The notes: generated from the letters alone by a model not told the origin. A stretch of DNA of 64,000 nt from a virus (IMGVR_UViG_3300002220_000322:38860-102859); one strand, 5' to 3'. Shown: positions 44,068-54,120, counted from the stretch's first letter. Program-made: numbers and translations.

Positions 44068-44139
44068 AGCCTTTGACAGGACTTGAACCCGCAACCTGCT
44101 GATTACAAAACAGCTGTACTACCATTGTACTACAAAGGC
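44068..44139 (-). tRNA. tRNA-Thr(UGU)
   Basis: Cloverleaf. Confidence 0.9.
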
Positions 44140-44270
44140 GTTTATTTCAACTAATATACTTTATCGGGAATCCCACATTTAGCTTCATACACCATTAGAG
44201 GATTACTTAGTGTATACCCTTACGAAATCTTCCTCCAGACTTGTATATCTACGTTTTGTAGTTGAAATTG

Positions 44271-44341
44271 TGGATTAGGGGGACTTAAACCTACGACCTT
44301 GAGATTATAAAACTCATGAGCTGACTAGCTATTCCACCCGC
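44271..44341 (-). pseudogene. degenerate tRNA (UAU loop)
   Basis: D, anticodon and T-like arms present but the acceptor is unpaired. Confidence 0.5.
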
Positions 44342-44346
44342 AATAC

Positions 44347-44574
44347 TTATTTATTTTGTTCATATATATTAATCTTGTGGACTAATAATATATTGTGTGG
44401 ATTTTTCCCCACATGAAATTTTAAACAACTACGACATTTATACGCTATTTGCTTATGAATTGTGCGAGAATCCTCATTCATTCTCTTTGCCCATGCTACT
44501 GCATCTTCAAAGGTTTTAAACGTCTTTTTAGCCTTGCCAAAAGCCGTTATACATTGTCTTAATGGTTTAGACAT
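44347..44574 (-). CDS. small Zn-ribbon-like protein
   Basis: C..K..F..A and AYKCRSCLKFHVG. Confidence 0.6.
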   Translation of the reverse strand: MSKPLRQCITAFGKAKKTFKTFEDAVAWAKRMNEDSRTIHKQIAYKCRSCLKFHVGKNPHNILLVHKINIYEQNK

Positions 44575-44825
44575 AAATTAAGAAATTTTATTTTAAGTTT
44601 TTCTAAAAGAGACTCGTCTTGCAATCCTCTATCTATTAATTTTTTTGCTGATGTTTCAGTAATTTGATAAAACCATCATCTCCATGTCCTGCTATACAGC
44701 TATTGTTATAATAAGAAAAACAGTCAAAACAACTTACAGAACAATCACTAAAAAATTTCATAATAATAGTTTTTAAAATTTATGGGAAGGGTAGGAATCG
44801 AACCTACGTTTTGTAATTAAAATTG

Positions 44826-44899
44826 TGGACCCAGTGGGACTCAAACCCACGATCTCTGGAGTGCAAATCCAGTGCTTTATTCATCTAAGCTATAGGCCC
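44826..44899 (-). tRNA. tRNA-Ala(UGC)
   Basis: Cloverleaf with G3:U70. Confidence 0.88.
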
Positions 44900-44905
44900 A
44901 AATAG

Positions 44906-44977
44906 TATCCCGTGCGAGAGTCGAACTCGCGCCTCCTGATAGAAAGTCAGACGTGTTAACCACTTCACTAACGGGAC
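44906..44977 (-). tRNA. tRNA-Glu(UUC)
   Basis: Cloverleaf. Confidence 0.9.
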
Positions 44978-45268
44978 CTATTTTCTTTTGGACTTTTTAA
45001 TCCATTTTTGTAAACTAGCAGAATACCTATCTTGAGTATTATACCAAAAATAATCTTGTCCTCTATAATTTTCATAATCAATAGTATAATCACTATAATC
45101 ATAATCATTAATTATAGTTTTGGGGTTTGGAATATCTAAATTTTCAAAATCTTTACAACTTCTTATAACATTTTTTATATTCGATCTGATCCTTCTCCAA
45201 TATAAAGAACTTTTTTTAACATTCCTAGGTCTATCTTTAATATAACCTTTTTTCTTACTTCTGCTCAT
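44978..45268 (-). CDS. basic hypothetical protein
   Basis: ORF MSRSKKK... Confidence 0.6.
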   Translation of the reverse strand: MSRSKKKGYIKDRPRNVKKSSLYWRRIRSNIKNVIRSCKDFENLDIPNPKTIINDYDYSDYTIDYENYRGQDYFWYNTQDRYSASLQKWIKKSKRK

Positions 45269-45483
45269 AATACAAACTACTCCTCAATAATTTCTAAACT
45301 TCTAGGAAATACATCTAACTGTATTTCATTAGTAAACTTTACTCCAACAGCTCCCATCATTCCCCATTTTTCAGGGTCACAGGTAATACCTTCAATTCCA
45401 ACTACTAAGCCTTCAGCATAGTCAGATAAATCTGTAGTTAATCTTACTTTTGTTCCATATCTAATAAGTATTAAAATATTTAG

Positions 45484-45564
45484 TATCAAGGGAGGGACTC
45501 GAACCCTCACGCTTTTAGGCACTAGTTCCTAAAACTAGCGTGGCTACCATTACACCACCTTGAC
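45484..45564 (-). tRNA. tRNA-Leu(UAG)
   Basis: Cloverleaf with long variable arm. Confidence 0.9.
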
Positions 45565-45568
45565 AAAA

Positions 45569-46027
45569 TTAATTTCCTCTTTGTCTATAACAAAAAATAT
45601 AAGAGGGCTTAAATTTTAAAATTCTTACATCTACCTCACCAGTAACACATAAACAATCACATTTAATATGGTAATACTCCATAAAAGACCAAATTGTATT
45701 AACAGTATCTCCGGTAGAGATAAAATCATCCATAATAATGTTAACTGCATCAACGGGAAAATTATTTACAAAAATACCAGCATAATGTGCATATTCTCCC
45801 TCTTTTTTAATATGAATAATTCTATATACAGGAATTATCATAGCAGTACCATAAGAAAGCATAGCTCCTGAAGATCCTCTACACCATAATATTTTATGTC
45901 TATCAGGAAAAACTTGTTCTAACTTATAAGCTATACTTTTAGTAATTTCTATAGAATCCTGTACGGAAATTCCCACAGGATACTCATACATGTTACCAAC
46001 TTTTATAAATTTAATATCTTCTTCCAT
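45569..46027 (-). CDS. phosphoribosyltransferase-like protein
   Basis: PRPP-binding loop IIMDDFISTGDT and RGSSG. Confidence 0.7.
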   Translation of the reverse strand: MEEDIKFIKVGNMYEYPVGISVQDSIEITKSIAYKLEQVFPDRHKILWCRGSSGAMLSYGTAMIIPVYRIIHIKKEGEYAHYAGIFVNNFPVDAVNIIMDDFISTGDTVNTIWSFMEYYHIKCDCLCVTGEVDVRILKFKPSYIFCYRQRGN

Positions 46028-46041
46028 AAATAATAAATTAA

Positions 46042-46198
46042 TGGAGTATACGGGATTTGAACCCGTGACGTCAGTAGCTATAATGCGCTTCCCTTGCTCA
46101 TTTAATCACCGCCATATAGGCTGCTATAGGTGCTTCTGCAATTCACTAGCTGAACGAGTTTATCATTACTCGCCGATCCTCCTCATCGTTGATACCCA
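46042..46198 (-). ncRNA. 157-nt tRNA-like RNA with large insertions
   Basis: Acceptor, D-like arm and T arm present; anticodon loop replaced by about 70 nt. Confidence 0.55.
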
Positions 46199-46202
46199 TT
46201 TG

Positions 46203-46570
46203 TGGACTAGGTGGGAATTGAACCCACGTATAGATCAGTTTACAACGTTAAATCTTTTTACATGCTTAGGTTTTAAGAGTTTCCTTCTCTTTGGGACTGC
46301 CGAGACAGCCGCTCCACCATCTTATTTTTGAGAAAACAAGAAAAAACAATATTGATTTCTAATGTTATTTAAATCCTAATAAATCAACAAATTTGGGATC
46401 ACTAAATTCTGTTCCAAAGTTTTAGTACTCGAGAATTTCTTAAGCTGCAATAGCCATAGAAGTTCTAGCTTGTAAATTAATTACTTTGCCGTTTAAAATT
46501 AGTACAAGGCTCTTCAGCACGTTGCATGAATTTAAAATCTTCTTCCTGCCTAGCAAAACCAGTCTAGCCC
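46203..46570 (-). ncRNA. ssrA: tmRNA; tag (A)GKVINLQARTSMAIAA*
   Basis: GGGCTAG/CTAGTCC acceptor with G3:U70, T arm, TAAAC before the resume codon, tag ORF 46490-46440 ending in AA. Confidence 0.9.
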
Positions 46571-46685
46571 ATTATAGTTGAAAAGAGTATAAAGATAATA
46601 CAATAAAAATAAAAAAAATCCCAAACTACTAATTTTTTTTCATTTGGGATTTTAGATTAAAACAAAACAAAACCAATCAAGTTCC

Positions 46686-47003
46686 CTATGAGATATAATC
46701 AAAAGAAACTCCGTAGCCTTCATCAAACTCTTTCACATAAGAAATAATTCTCTGTGATCTAGACATTCGTTTCCACCTTCGAGCTTCTTCCCAAGAAGGT
46801 ACTGTATCTGAAACCCATCCTTCAAGTACTGTATCAGATATAGGAAGTCTTTTATAACATTCCTTGATCTCCCTATCAGTATGAAAGATATTCCTTGTAA
46901 GAGTACCACCTTCTATTTTTACAGTGTTTTTTTGCCAATCTTTATGTTTAACTGGCGCTCCAATAGTTCCGGGTAAATTAATTATTATAATTATACCATT
47001 CAT
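46686..47003 (-). CDS. hypothetical protein
   Basis: ORF. Confidence 0.55.
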   Translation of the reverse strand: MNGIIIIINLPGTIGAPVKHKDWQKNTVKIEGGTLTRNIFHTDREIKECYKRLPISDTVLEGWVSDTVPSWEEARRWKRMSRSQRIISYVKEFDEGYGVSFDYIS

Positions 47004-47116
47004 AATAAATTCTCATGCCTTTGAGGTATTTTTAGTGGCAAATTAAGGTTCCTTTCCACCAGCAAGTCATTATATTTTATCCATAGGTTACTGTACTTCG
47101 CCTCAACATAAAAAGG

Positions 47117-48055
47117 TTATTGATAAAATTCTATTGATTTAATAATAAAATCAGACACTCCATGTGTAAAATTAGCAGAATGAACTGCATTATTTAATAT
47201 AGGATATATAGGTAAATCATATAATCCTACATTAAGTTCTCCGGTTTTTATCCCATTAGTATAAAAAGAAGCTCCTTTAGGAGTATTAACAAGAGCAAAT
47301 TCATAGTCCTCATCCCAATTAGGAACAAATACCTTTGTTCCTTTACCATAAAGTCGATAAGTATCTCTTGTAAAACCATAATGAATTGTATGCCCAACTT
47401 GGTTTTTTCTTAATACCTCCATTAAGTCTATTTCCGGTATAATATGGTCGGATCCTATATAACCATAACCAGAAAAAGTTAGATCACTAGGTTCATATAA
47501 AGTAATTAAATTTAGAATTTTATTATAATTATAAATTCTGCCTATTACATTTCTTTTATCATCTAGTATCCACCAATTTATACCAGGTATAATGGAAGGA
47601 ACAGAGTTTAAAAATACCTTGTTTCCTTCTATTCTGTTAATATTGCAAGAAAATTGCATTTCTACAGGAGGATGGGGATGCCTTAAAAACCATATTGCAC
47701 AAAAAGAATCTCTAGGAAGGTTTACTTTAAATACCCACGTTCCATAAGTATAATCCTTAAAGAATTTTTTATAATCTATGTAGCCGATCTTCCACCAAAT
47801 AGATTTAGTCTCTCCCCAAATATTATATTGTTCTGGGGCATTCTTAATGGGAATAACTTTAAGATGAAGTCCATCTTCTTGCAATTCTACACATTCAGAA
47901 GACATTACCATATGATTGTGGTAAAAAATATGATTTAATATTTCGTAAGAAGGATTATTAAAATCCTCTTTCCACACAAGATTACCCCAATCAATTTTAG
48001 GTTTTATATATTCTTTAAAAAGATTATACCTAAGCTTTAGTAATAAATTTTTCAT
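47117..48055 (-). CDS. GH16-like glycoside hydrolase domain protein
   Basis: WGNLVWKEDFN, YG, AIW and EIDLME (ExDxxE). Confidence 0.7.
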   Translation of the reverse strand: MKNLLLKLRYNLFKEYIKPKIDWGNLVWKEDFNNPSYEILNHIFYHNHMVMSSECVELQEDGLHLKVIPIKNAPEQYNIWGETKSIWWKIGYIDYKKFFKDYTYGTWVFKVNLPRDSFCAIWFLRHPHPPVEMQFSCNINRIEGNKVFLNSVPSIIPGINWWILDDKRNVIGRIYNYNKILNLITLYEPSDLTFSGYGYIGSDHIIPEIDLMEVLRKNQVGHTIHYGFTRDTYRLYGKGTKVFVPNWDEDYEFALVNTPKGASFYTNGIKTGELNVGLYDLPIYPILNNAVHSANFTHGVSDFIIKSIEFYQ

Positions 48056-48073
48056 AACAAAAAAATTATACTA

Positions 48074-48388
48074 TTACCAAATATAGTCTTTTATATCAGA
48101 AGACAAATTTAAATTATAAACATTGAAGGTATCATCAACGTAGTTTGCTACAGAAAGAGCCACATCAATAAAATCGGAATTAGAGGGAGGAAGTTTAGAG
48201 TTTAAAAGAAGGGCATACTTCTCTTTAATTAACCTCCCAGAGGCAATTGTCCTTCCTTGTTTGCGAGAGAAATTATCTCTTTTACTGCAACGAGATACAG
48301 CAATCTTTAAAACTTCATTGCTAAAAACTCCAACAACAGTAACTCTAGATCCTTTGTCTAGACGCCCAGAATGAAATACATAAATCAT
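48074..48388 (-). CDS. hypothetical protein
   Basis: SRCSKRDNFSRKQGRTIA. Confidence 0.55.
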   Translation of the reverse strand: MIYVFHSGRLDKGSRVTVVGVFSNEVLKIAVSRCSKRDNFSRKQGRTIASGRLIKEKYALLLNSKLPPSNSDFIDVALSVANYVDDTFNVYNLNLSSDIKDYIW

Positions 48389-48411
48389 AATTTTTAATTT
48401 TTAGATTAATA

Positions 48412-49023
48412 CTAGTCAATTAAATCTTCAAAATTTAACCAATTTTTATTAGCACATAATAGAGTAAGATATCCTAAAATATCTACCACATCATTTTTTC
48501 TTAAGTCATCAGAGTTTATAACTCTTTTAATTTTATCAGCAAGCCTAATTTTTATACCATCTTCTGCTGTATATTTAATACCTTCTAATGGCTCTAAAGC
48601 AGAATCTCCATATCTTTTATTTTTCTCTTGTAATAAATTATCTAGAGAAGAGGTTATAAGCGATATTTTATCGAAGGTAGATAATTCTTCAGTATTTTCC
48701 TTAAAAGGATTATATTTTGCAATATTATCCTTACTATCTTCTAAATGGTATTTGAGAATTTTAAGTTTATGCAGAAGATTATATAAGTCTATTAAGTCAT
48801 TAAAAAGACTATCAATTTTATTATTTAACCATTCTACAGGTTCTTCTTTAAATTCTTCTGGAATTATATCTTTAGGAGTAGAGTATACATATCCTTTAAT
48901 AATAGCTTTATAATTATTTATATCATTCTCTACTTCGTCTATTGAATCATCTAAATCAGATATGTTTTCAAAAGCATATCGACTAATATATATTGTAGGT
49001 TTAAAAGTAGTTCCCCATCCCAT
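48412..49023 (-). CDS. fusion protein with a C-terminal DUF1599/Nmad1-like domain
   Basis: KNKRYGDS..IRLADKIKR..DILGY. Confidence 0.6.
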   Translation of the reverse strand: MGWGTTFKPTIYISRYAFENISDLDDSIDEVENDINNYKAIIKGYVYSTPKDIIPEEFKEEPVEWLNNKIDSLFNDLIDLYNLLHKLKILKYHLEDSKDNIAKYNPFKENTEELSTFDKISLITSSLDNLLQEKNKRYGDSALEPLEGIKYTAEDGIKIRLADKIKRVINSDDLRKNDVVDILGYLTLLCANKNWLNFEDLID

Positions 49024-49029
49024 AATTAA

Positions 49030-49596
49030 TTATTTTAATAGGTATTTATCATCCCAAGAAGATTGGTTTTTATCCATATCCACCCAAGGCCAAGTTTCCT
49101 TAGCTTTTTTGATATCTTTATCAGCATAATAAAGAAACCAAAGAATCTGTTCCCAATATTTATAAGGATTTCCTAAAGGCGCCTTTAATGTAATTACCAG
49201 CTGTAAACCAAAAAAGAATATATAGAACATAGGAGGAAACTCAAATCTAGGAGAGGAAAATTTATCTTTCCATCCTAAAGGCACAGATCCAATTTTAAAA
49301 GGCCAACCAACCTGTAAAAAATAATAATTATTAAATACTTTAAAAATATAATTTTTGGATCTTCTAACTATCGGAAAATTAGAAAATGTATTTTCTTCTT
49401 TTTTCCAAGGAAATCTTTTATTCTTTTCTTCTCTTTCCTCTAAAGATAATAATTTAAGCTTTCTTATTTTTATAATTGTAGATACAAACCCTATAGGATA
49501 AAAATAAGGAATGCCATATTTTAAAGGCCCAAAATAAATACTTAATCTAGGAAGTTTAAAATATTTAAAAGCAGGAGCATATTTTTTAATTTTCAT
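49030..49596 (-). CDS. hypothetical protein
   Basis: ORF. Confidence 0.6.
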   Translation of the reverse strand: MKIKKYAPAFKYFKLPRLSIYFGPLKYGIPYFYPIGFVSTIIKIRKLKLLSLEEREEKNKRFPWKKEENTFSNFPIVRRSKNYIFKVFNNYYFLQVGWPFKIGSVPLGWKDKFSSPRFEFPPMFYIFFFGLQLVITLKAPLGNPYKYWEQILWFLYYADKDIKKAKETWPWVDMDKNQSSWDDKYLLK

Positions 49597-50746
49597 ATTC
49601 CAATAAAAAATCAGGATTTATAACCTTAAAAGAAAGTATTTTTTTACCGTTTTCTATACAACGTATAACTACCCCTTCTCTATGTATTTTATTATTTATA
49701 GTTGATTTGCCTTTACTAAATTCAACTAATTCTTGTAATGTAGAACCTAATTTGTACAGAGGAACGGTTGTTTTATTAGATTCCCATGCAACTAAAGGAA
49801 CAGGAATTAATCCATTATCTTCACAAAACTTTTTCATTTCCTCGTAATTGTAATGATAATTCCTCTCGTGATCTATAACATTAAATACCCAAAACCTAGG
49901 CTCTTTAATATCATACTTATTACCTTGAACTTTAGTATCTCCCTGCTCACCTTGAATAGTAAGAGTTGGATTTTCTCTAAGTATTTGCTCAATATTATAC
50001 TTTTTAGCTATCTTCCAGTAGAGAGAGTTCTTATCATTGTTAGTTAAGTTCCTACTACATACTACAAATTTATACTCTTTGATAGGAATTAATTTACCTA
50101 ACCATCCATTAAACTTAGGAACCCTCTTGCCTGTAAACGTAACTGATTGGAAGTCAACCTTCTCTGTTACATAAACTTCTTTATCTTTAAACTGTTCAAG
50201 TACTTTAGGTATATTCTGAATTCTCTCTTCATCTGTCTTGCTTACCCAATAAGGAAATCCTTTTTTCTGTTTTCTTGAAATAAACAACCTCCTAAACCAA
50301 GAATATCTCATCATAAATTTCTTAAGTTTATTCTTTTCATTAGAAAGTTTTCTTTCTTGTTGAGATATTTCTTCTCTTTCAGATGGAGTTAAGTACTTAG
50401 TAACCCCTAATATTTCAGTTACATCAGTTCCTTTGGCCTCTCCCTTGATTACATATTCTTTAGGAAGGATAGATAGAGGTAAAATAAGTCCTTGGGAGAT
50501 TTGATTTTTTAACTTAATAGTCCTTATTCTAAATTTTCTATTTCTTAGAAATTCAAATTCTGGTAATTCAGGAACAACACTGTCTATTTCAAAATAGACT
50601 ACCAAGTCTCCAACAGAAACTTCTCCTTTCTTTACTACACACTCCCAACCTAAATCTTTCATTAAAGCCACCTCAATTTTATCTGCTCCAGGTATAGGCT
50701 TTAATTCAGATATAATTTGTAATGTTGCTAATTTTCTTTCTGACAT
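49586..50746 (-). CDS. Rnl2/DRB0094-family RNA ligase
   Basis: RKLA..IPGADKIE, YFEIDS, ISQGL, KTDEERIQN, TEK.D, CSRN, QGE, REGVV and SFKVI. Confidence 0.88.
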   Translation of the reverse strand: MSERKLATLQIISELKPIPGADKIEVALMKDLGWECVVKKGEVSVGDLVVYFEIDSVVPELPEFEFLRNRKFRIRTIKLKNQISQGLILPLSILPKEYVIKGEAKGTDVTEILGVTKYLTPSEREEISQQERKLSNEKNKLKKFMMRYSWFRRLFISRKQKKGFPYWVSKTDEERIQNIPKVLEQFKDKEVYVTEKVDFQSVTFTGKRVPKFNGWLGKLIPIKEYKFVVCSRNLTNNDKNSLYWKIAKKYNIEQILRENPTLTIQGEQGDTKVQGNKYDIKEPRFWVFNVIDHERNYHYNYEEMKKFCEDNGLIPVPLVAWESNKTTVPLYKLGSTLQELVEFSKGKSTINNKIHREGVVIRCIENGKKILSFKVINPDFLLEYEN

Positions 50747-51015
50747 TTATATTCATTTAAATTATCCCAAAGTAATTCATCACTATTAGTATCATATAAT
50801 TCTACAGTATCATATAATTCTATAGTGGCTTCATCGTTTATAGGAGGCATAAGCTCCTCTGTTTTATAAAGTGTATCCCAATGGAGATATATGTCCTCTC
50901 TATTATATAAACCATCAATCCCTTCCTTTTTAAGGATATCAATAATTTGTTCTTTGGCTATATCTTCATTTAATGTTATTCTTTTCCAAATAGATGTTTT
51001 TATATCTATATACAT
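50728..51015 (-). CDS. hypothetical protein
   Basis: ORF. Confidence 0.5.
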   Translation of the reverse strand: MYIDIKTSIWKRITLNEDIAKEQIIDILKKEGIDGLYNREDIYLHWDTLYKTEELMPPINDEATIELYDTVELYDTNSDELLWDNLNEYKCQKEN

Positions 51016-51079
51016 ATTATAAGTTAATTTTTAAATTTTTATATTTTTTCAAAAGTATTTTATAAATAACTTCATTTTT

Positions 51080-52066
51080 TTATTTAATCAAATTTAAAAA
51101 TTCCTCATTATTTAATTTAAATCCAGAAGCTCCTTTATGGCCACCTCCTCCATATTGTTTAGCAATCTGACTACAGTCAACTTTACCGTTATCATTGTAT
51201 AAGCTGAAGTTCCACATTCCATTTGCATAATGAAAGCAAGCACATCCATCATACCCATCTTTGTGATAATCTATACCAAAATTGATAGGATTGAATCTTT
51301 CTTTGTTGATACAAATGAAGTTTAATGTACTCGGAACATTATTTAAATTCTGACCCTTATCTTCTCTTACAAATGCTTCATGGCATCTAAATTGAATACC
51401 AAACCCATTCTTATAAGTTTGTTTAGCTTCTGTGCAGAGATATTGATAAATAGCTTTTCCTTGCTCTAATATTGAGCCAACTATTGCCTGAGCATTAAGA
51501 AACAAATATTCGCTTTCGTTTGTATTAATGCATTGAATAAGATAACTGTAAGCCTCCTCATAATTACTAATACGCTGCCTTGCTCCATATTGAAACTCAA
51601 GAACTTTCTGTTCTTCAGCAGTTCCTTTGTGGCCAAAGCAATCATATCTGCCAAGTAATCTTACTATTTCTGGCATTGATTCGTGGGAAAAGAAATATAT
51701 CCAAGTAAGTTCACAAGCTGAAAAATTAGTATTACGAATACCCTTACTATCATCATAAGATAATATTATAGAGGAATGTTTACTTTCATTGATAGCCGAT
51801 ATATGATGATCTAACCAAATAAAATCTTTATCTTCATAAAGTTTGATCATTTCTTCCTTAGGGAAACTAATATCACACATTATCACTCTATCATATTCTG
51901 ATAGATCTGGAATAGGTTGTCCATAGTTGTAACCTATAAAATTAATTGAGTCGTTTTGTGGAATAGTATTAAATCCGTTATTCTCTAAGTTAAACCAATG
52001 TTTTACTATTGCTGCCGACATCCAACCATCAAGGTCTATACTGTGGTATATACAAACTGTTTTCAT
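51080..52066 (-). CDS. DHH/DHHA1 phosphoesterase
   Basis: YH..DLDG..SA, CD, DHH and GGGGH.GASG. Confidence 0.9.
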   Translation of the reverse strand: MKTVCIYHSIDLDGWMSAAIVKHWFNLENNGFNTIPQNDSINFIGYNYGQPIPDLSEYDRVIMCDISFPKEEMIKLYEDKDFIWLDHHISAINESKHSSIILSYDDSKGIRNTNFSACELTWIYFFSHESMPEIVRLLGRYDCFGHKGTAEEQKVLEFQYGARQRISNYEEAYSYLIQCINTNESEYLFLNAQAIVGSILEQGKAIYQYLCTEAKQTYKNGFGIQFRCHEAFVREDKGQNLNNVPSTLNFICINKERFNPINFGIDYHKDGYDGCACFHYANGMWNFSLYNDNGKVDCSQIAKQYGGGGHKGASGFKLNNEEFLNLIK

Positions 52067-52225
52067 TGTTCCATTTTTTTATTCTTAAATTTTTCATATT
52101 TTTCTAAGGGTATTCTATAAATAATACCAGACATTCTAGAAAAACTACAAGAGCAGCTCTTTTGTGAAGTTTAGCAAACTCAATCATAGTATCGGTTATT
52201 GACCTACTTATTGCACCTCATAATC

Positions 52226-52504
52226 TTATTCTTTAATTTCTTTTAATTCTTTACTGTGTTTCAACGATCCTAATAAAACATTCTGAGCAGTACCCATTAT
52301 AATAGCTAAAGCTCTTTGTTCATATGTCATATCATTCAGATAAATAGGTTCTCCTTCTACTTCCTTATATCCTACACTATCCATTTTATATTCCCTATAT
52401 ACTCTTGTAATATAAGAGAATGTTCTTGGACTTGGTGGATAGTTATGAAGTACAATCTTATCTGTAGATTCCCAGATTATATTTTTATCTATCTTAAATT
52501 TCAT
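52226..52504 (-). CDS. hypothetical protein
   Basis: ORF. Confidence 0.5.
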   Translation of the reverse strand: MKFKIDKNIIWESTDKIVLHNYPPSPRTFSYITRVYREYKMDSVGYKEVEGEPIYLNDMTYEQRALAIIMGTAQNVLLGSLKHSKELKEIKE

Positions 52505-52548
52505 AATGAATTTTTTAAATCATACATAGCCAAGAATTGTAGTACAGT

Positions 52549-52791
52549 TTATGAAGACCGTGCATCTTCGGAAGTTTCATAGGATTGTTCTATTTCAACA
52601 TCCGAGATAGTCGTATAATTATCGCCCAAATCATTCATGAACAATTTTTTAGCTTCTAATTTTGCTTTTGTTTCTGCTATCTTTTTTGAATTAGCATTAA
52701 TTATCATTGAATAGGTTTCGGCACCAACATATATTTCTTCATCCATGTTATCCGAATAAGAAACAGAACATTCTACATAGTAAATTTTCAT
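52549..52791 (-). CDS. hypothetical protein
   Basis: ORF. Confidence 0.5.
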   Translation of the reverse strand: MKIYYVECSVSYSDNMDEEIYVGAETYSMIINANSKKIAETKAKLEAKKLFMNDLGDNYTTISDVEIEQSYETSEDARSS

Positions 52792-52961
52792 GATATGTGA
52801 TGGTTATGTGATTGTGCCCGCATTCCTGCACTGCATATATACCAAGACCGTTATCATTCAGTTTGCGATTACACCACCGCATTTTCTGCAAACAAGCGTA
52901 GCTGATGAAAATATCTTAGTTTGCTTATTCCATTTACAATTGCAAACCGTTCGCTTCGCAA

Positions 52962-53092
52962 TGCTAACATTTTGTTTATTGCGTTGCTGCTCTGTGATTT
53001 TTGATTCTTTTTTCATTTTTTGTAATTATTTAATAATTTGACAATTTTGTTCTATTAATCGCCAAACTGGGCATAGCTGCGGCACGTTAGCA
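52962..53092 (+). repeat. attC-like element E1 (arms poorly matched)
   Basis: TGCTAAC...GTTAGCA, 131 bp. Confidence 0.6.
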
Positions 53093-53097
53093 AATAT

Positions 53098-53322
53098 TTA
53101 ACCGTGGCATGTTGGACACGACATTTGCCCACAATCGCAACCGTTACTTTGCCAATTAGATGCAGAAATTATTGCATAGTATACCTTGTCTATAATTAAC
53201 TGCTTATCTTCTGGTTTAAGTTCAATTCCATTCTTTTTTAACCCTTCAATGATTTCTTTACTTGTGCTTGTCAAGTGTGTCCAATTTGTTTCCATATACC
53301 GTCCGACAGTTAAAAGTTTCAA
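53098..53322 (-). CDS. small Cys-tail cassette protein
   Basis: CDCGQMSCPTCH; ends next to E1. Confidence 0.55.
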   Translation of the reverse strand: MKLLTVGRYMETNWTHLTSTSKEIIEGLKKNGIELKPEDKQLIIDKVYYAIISASNWQSNGCDCGQMSCPTCHG

Positions 53323-53504
53323 CTTTCATAAATTAGGGTTTTAATATTGAGTAACCTCAATTTTAGCATGATGATTTTGCACTTCCATCCACGTTTTTAC
53401 CTTTAATTTTTCAACCTCCTTTAGTACCACTTTTCCATTCCTAGATTTTTCTAAATCAATTTCCCAACCATCTGGAATAATAATTACTTTATCCATAAAT
53501 TAAA

Positions 53505-53738
53505 TTATTTTTTAAGTTTTTTTAAACTAGAATTAGGTAATATTTCTTTTTTACTCCTTAAATGTTTAAGAATAGAAATAGTGCTGTGAAATTGTTCTTG
53601 AAGTAATTTAGCTCTATTGGTAAATTTCTCTGTAGGAATTTCTCCAGGACCATATACTTTTCTTTCACCAATAAATTCCAGAGCTTGTTGAAAAGCTTTA
53701 ACTTCTTTTTTATTATACTTGTTAGTGTATTGTTTCAT
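53505..53738 (-). CDS. hypothetical protein
   Basis: ORF. Confidence 0.5.
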   Translation of the reverse strand: MKQYTNKYNKKEVKAFQQALEFIGERKVYGPGEIPTEKFTNRAKLLQEQFHSTISILKHLRSKKEILPNSSLKKLKK

Positions 53739-53756
53739 TTTATTAATTATTAATTA

Positions 53757-54120
53757 TTATTCTTCAATTTCTTTTGTTTCAAATCCTTTAATTATTTTAG
53801 AAGATTTTAAATAAATTTGATTTAATAACTCTTCTAAAGTATCTCCATAGCAGTATAAAATTCTACTTATAGAAGGATTAACTGCATAAAATACAACCTC
53901 TCCTTCTTCATCAAATTCATAGGAATTTCTTTCTTTTACTAAAACCTCTGCTAAAAATCCAAGTTTATTATTATCAATAAGATCAAAAATTATTCCATCA
54001 ATTCTTTCAAAATATTTTGGACCTTTAAAAGACTTAATATCAGGAAATAATTCTCTAATATCTTCTAAAGTGTCAATGTCCTTTAGAAAACTCTCCAATT
54101 CATGAGTTTCAGTAGAAGTA
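53757..54120 (-). pseudogene. 5'-truncated paralog of 56238-56711
   Basis: Shared THELE..IIFD.IDN.KLGFLAEVLVKER..VNP.IS.ILYCYGDTLE; the N-terminus is replaced by element E2. Confidence 0.75.

Noticed and set aside
44567-44761. Programmed frameshift in a small Cys-rich ORF
   Set aside because: The frames could join near GHGDD, but no slippery site is evident; an indel or sequencing error is equally likely.
45277-45522. ORF start as given in the track
   Set aside because: Its 5' part overlaps tRNA-Leu; the true start is uncertain, so the gene was not called.
50788-50823. 18-nt tandem duplication (IELYDT/VELYDT)
   Set aside because: Two-copy in-frame slippage of little significance.
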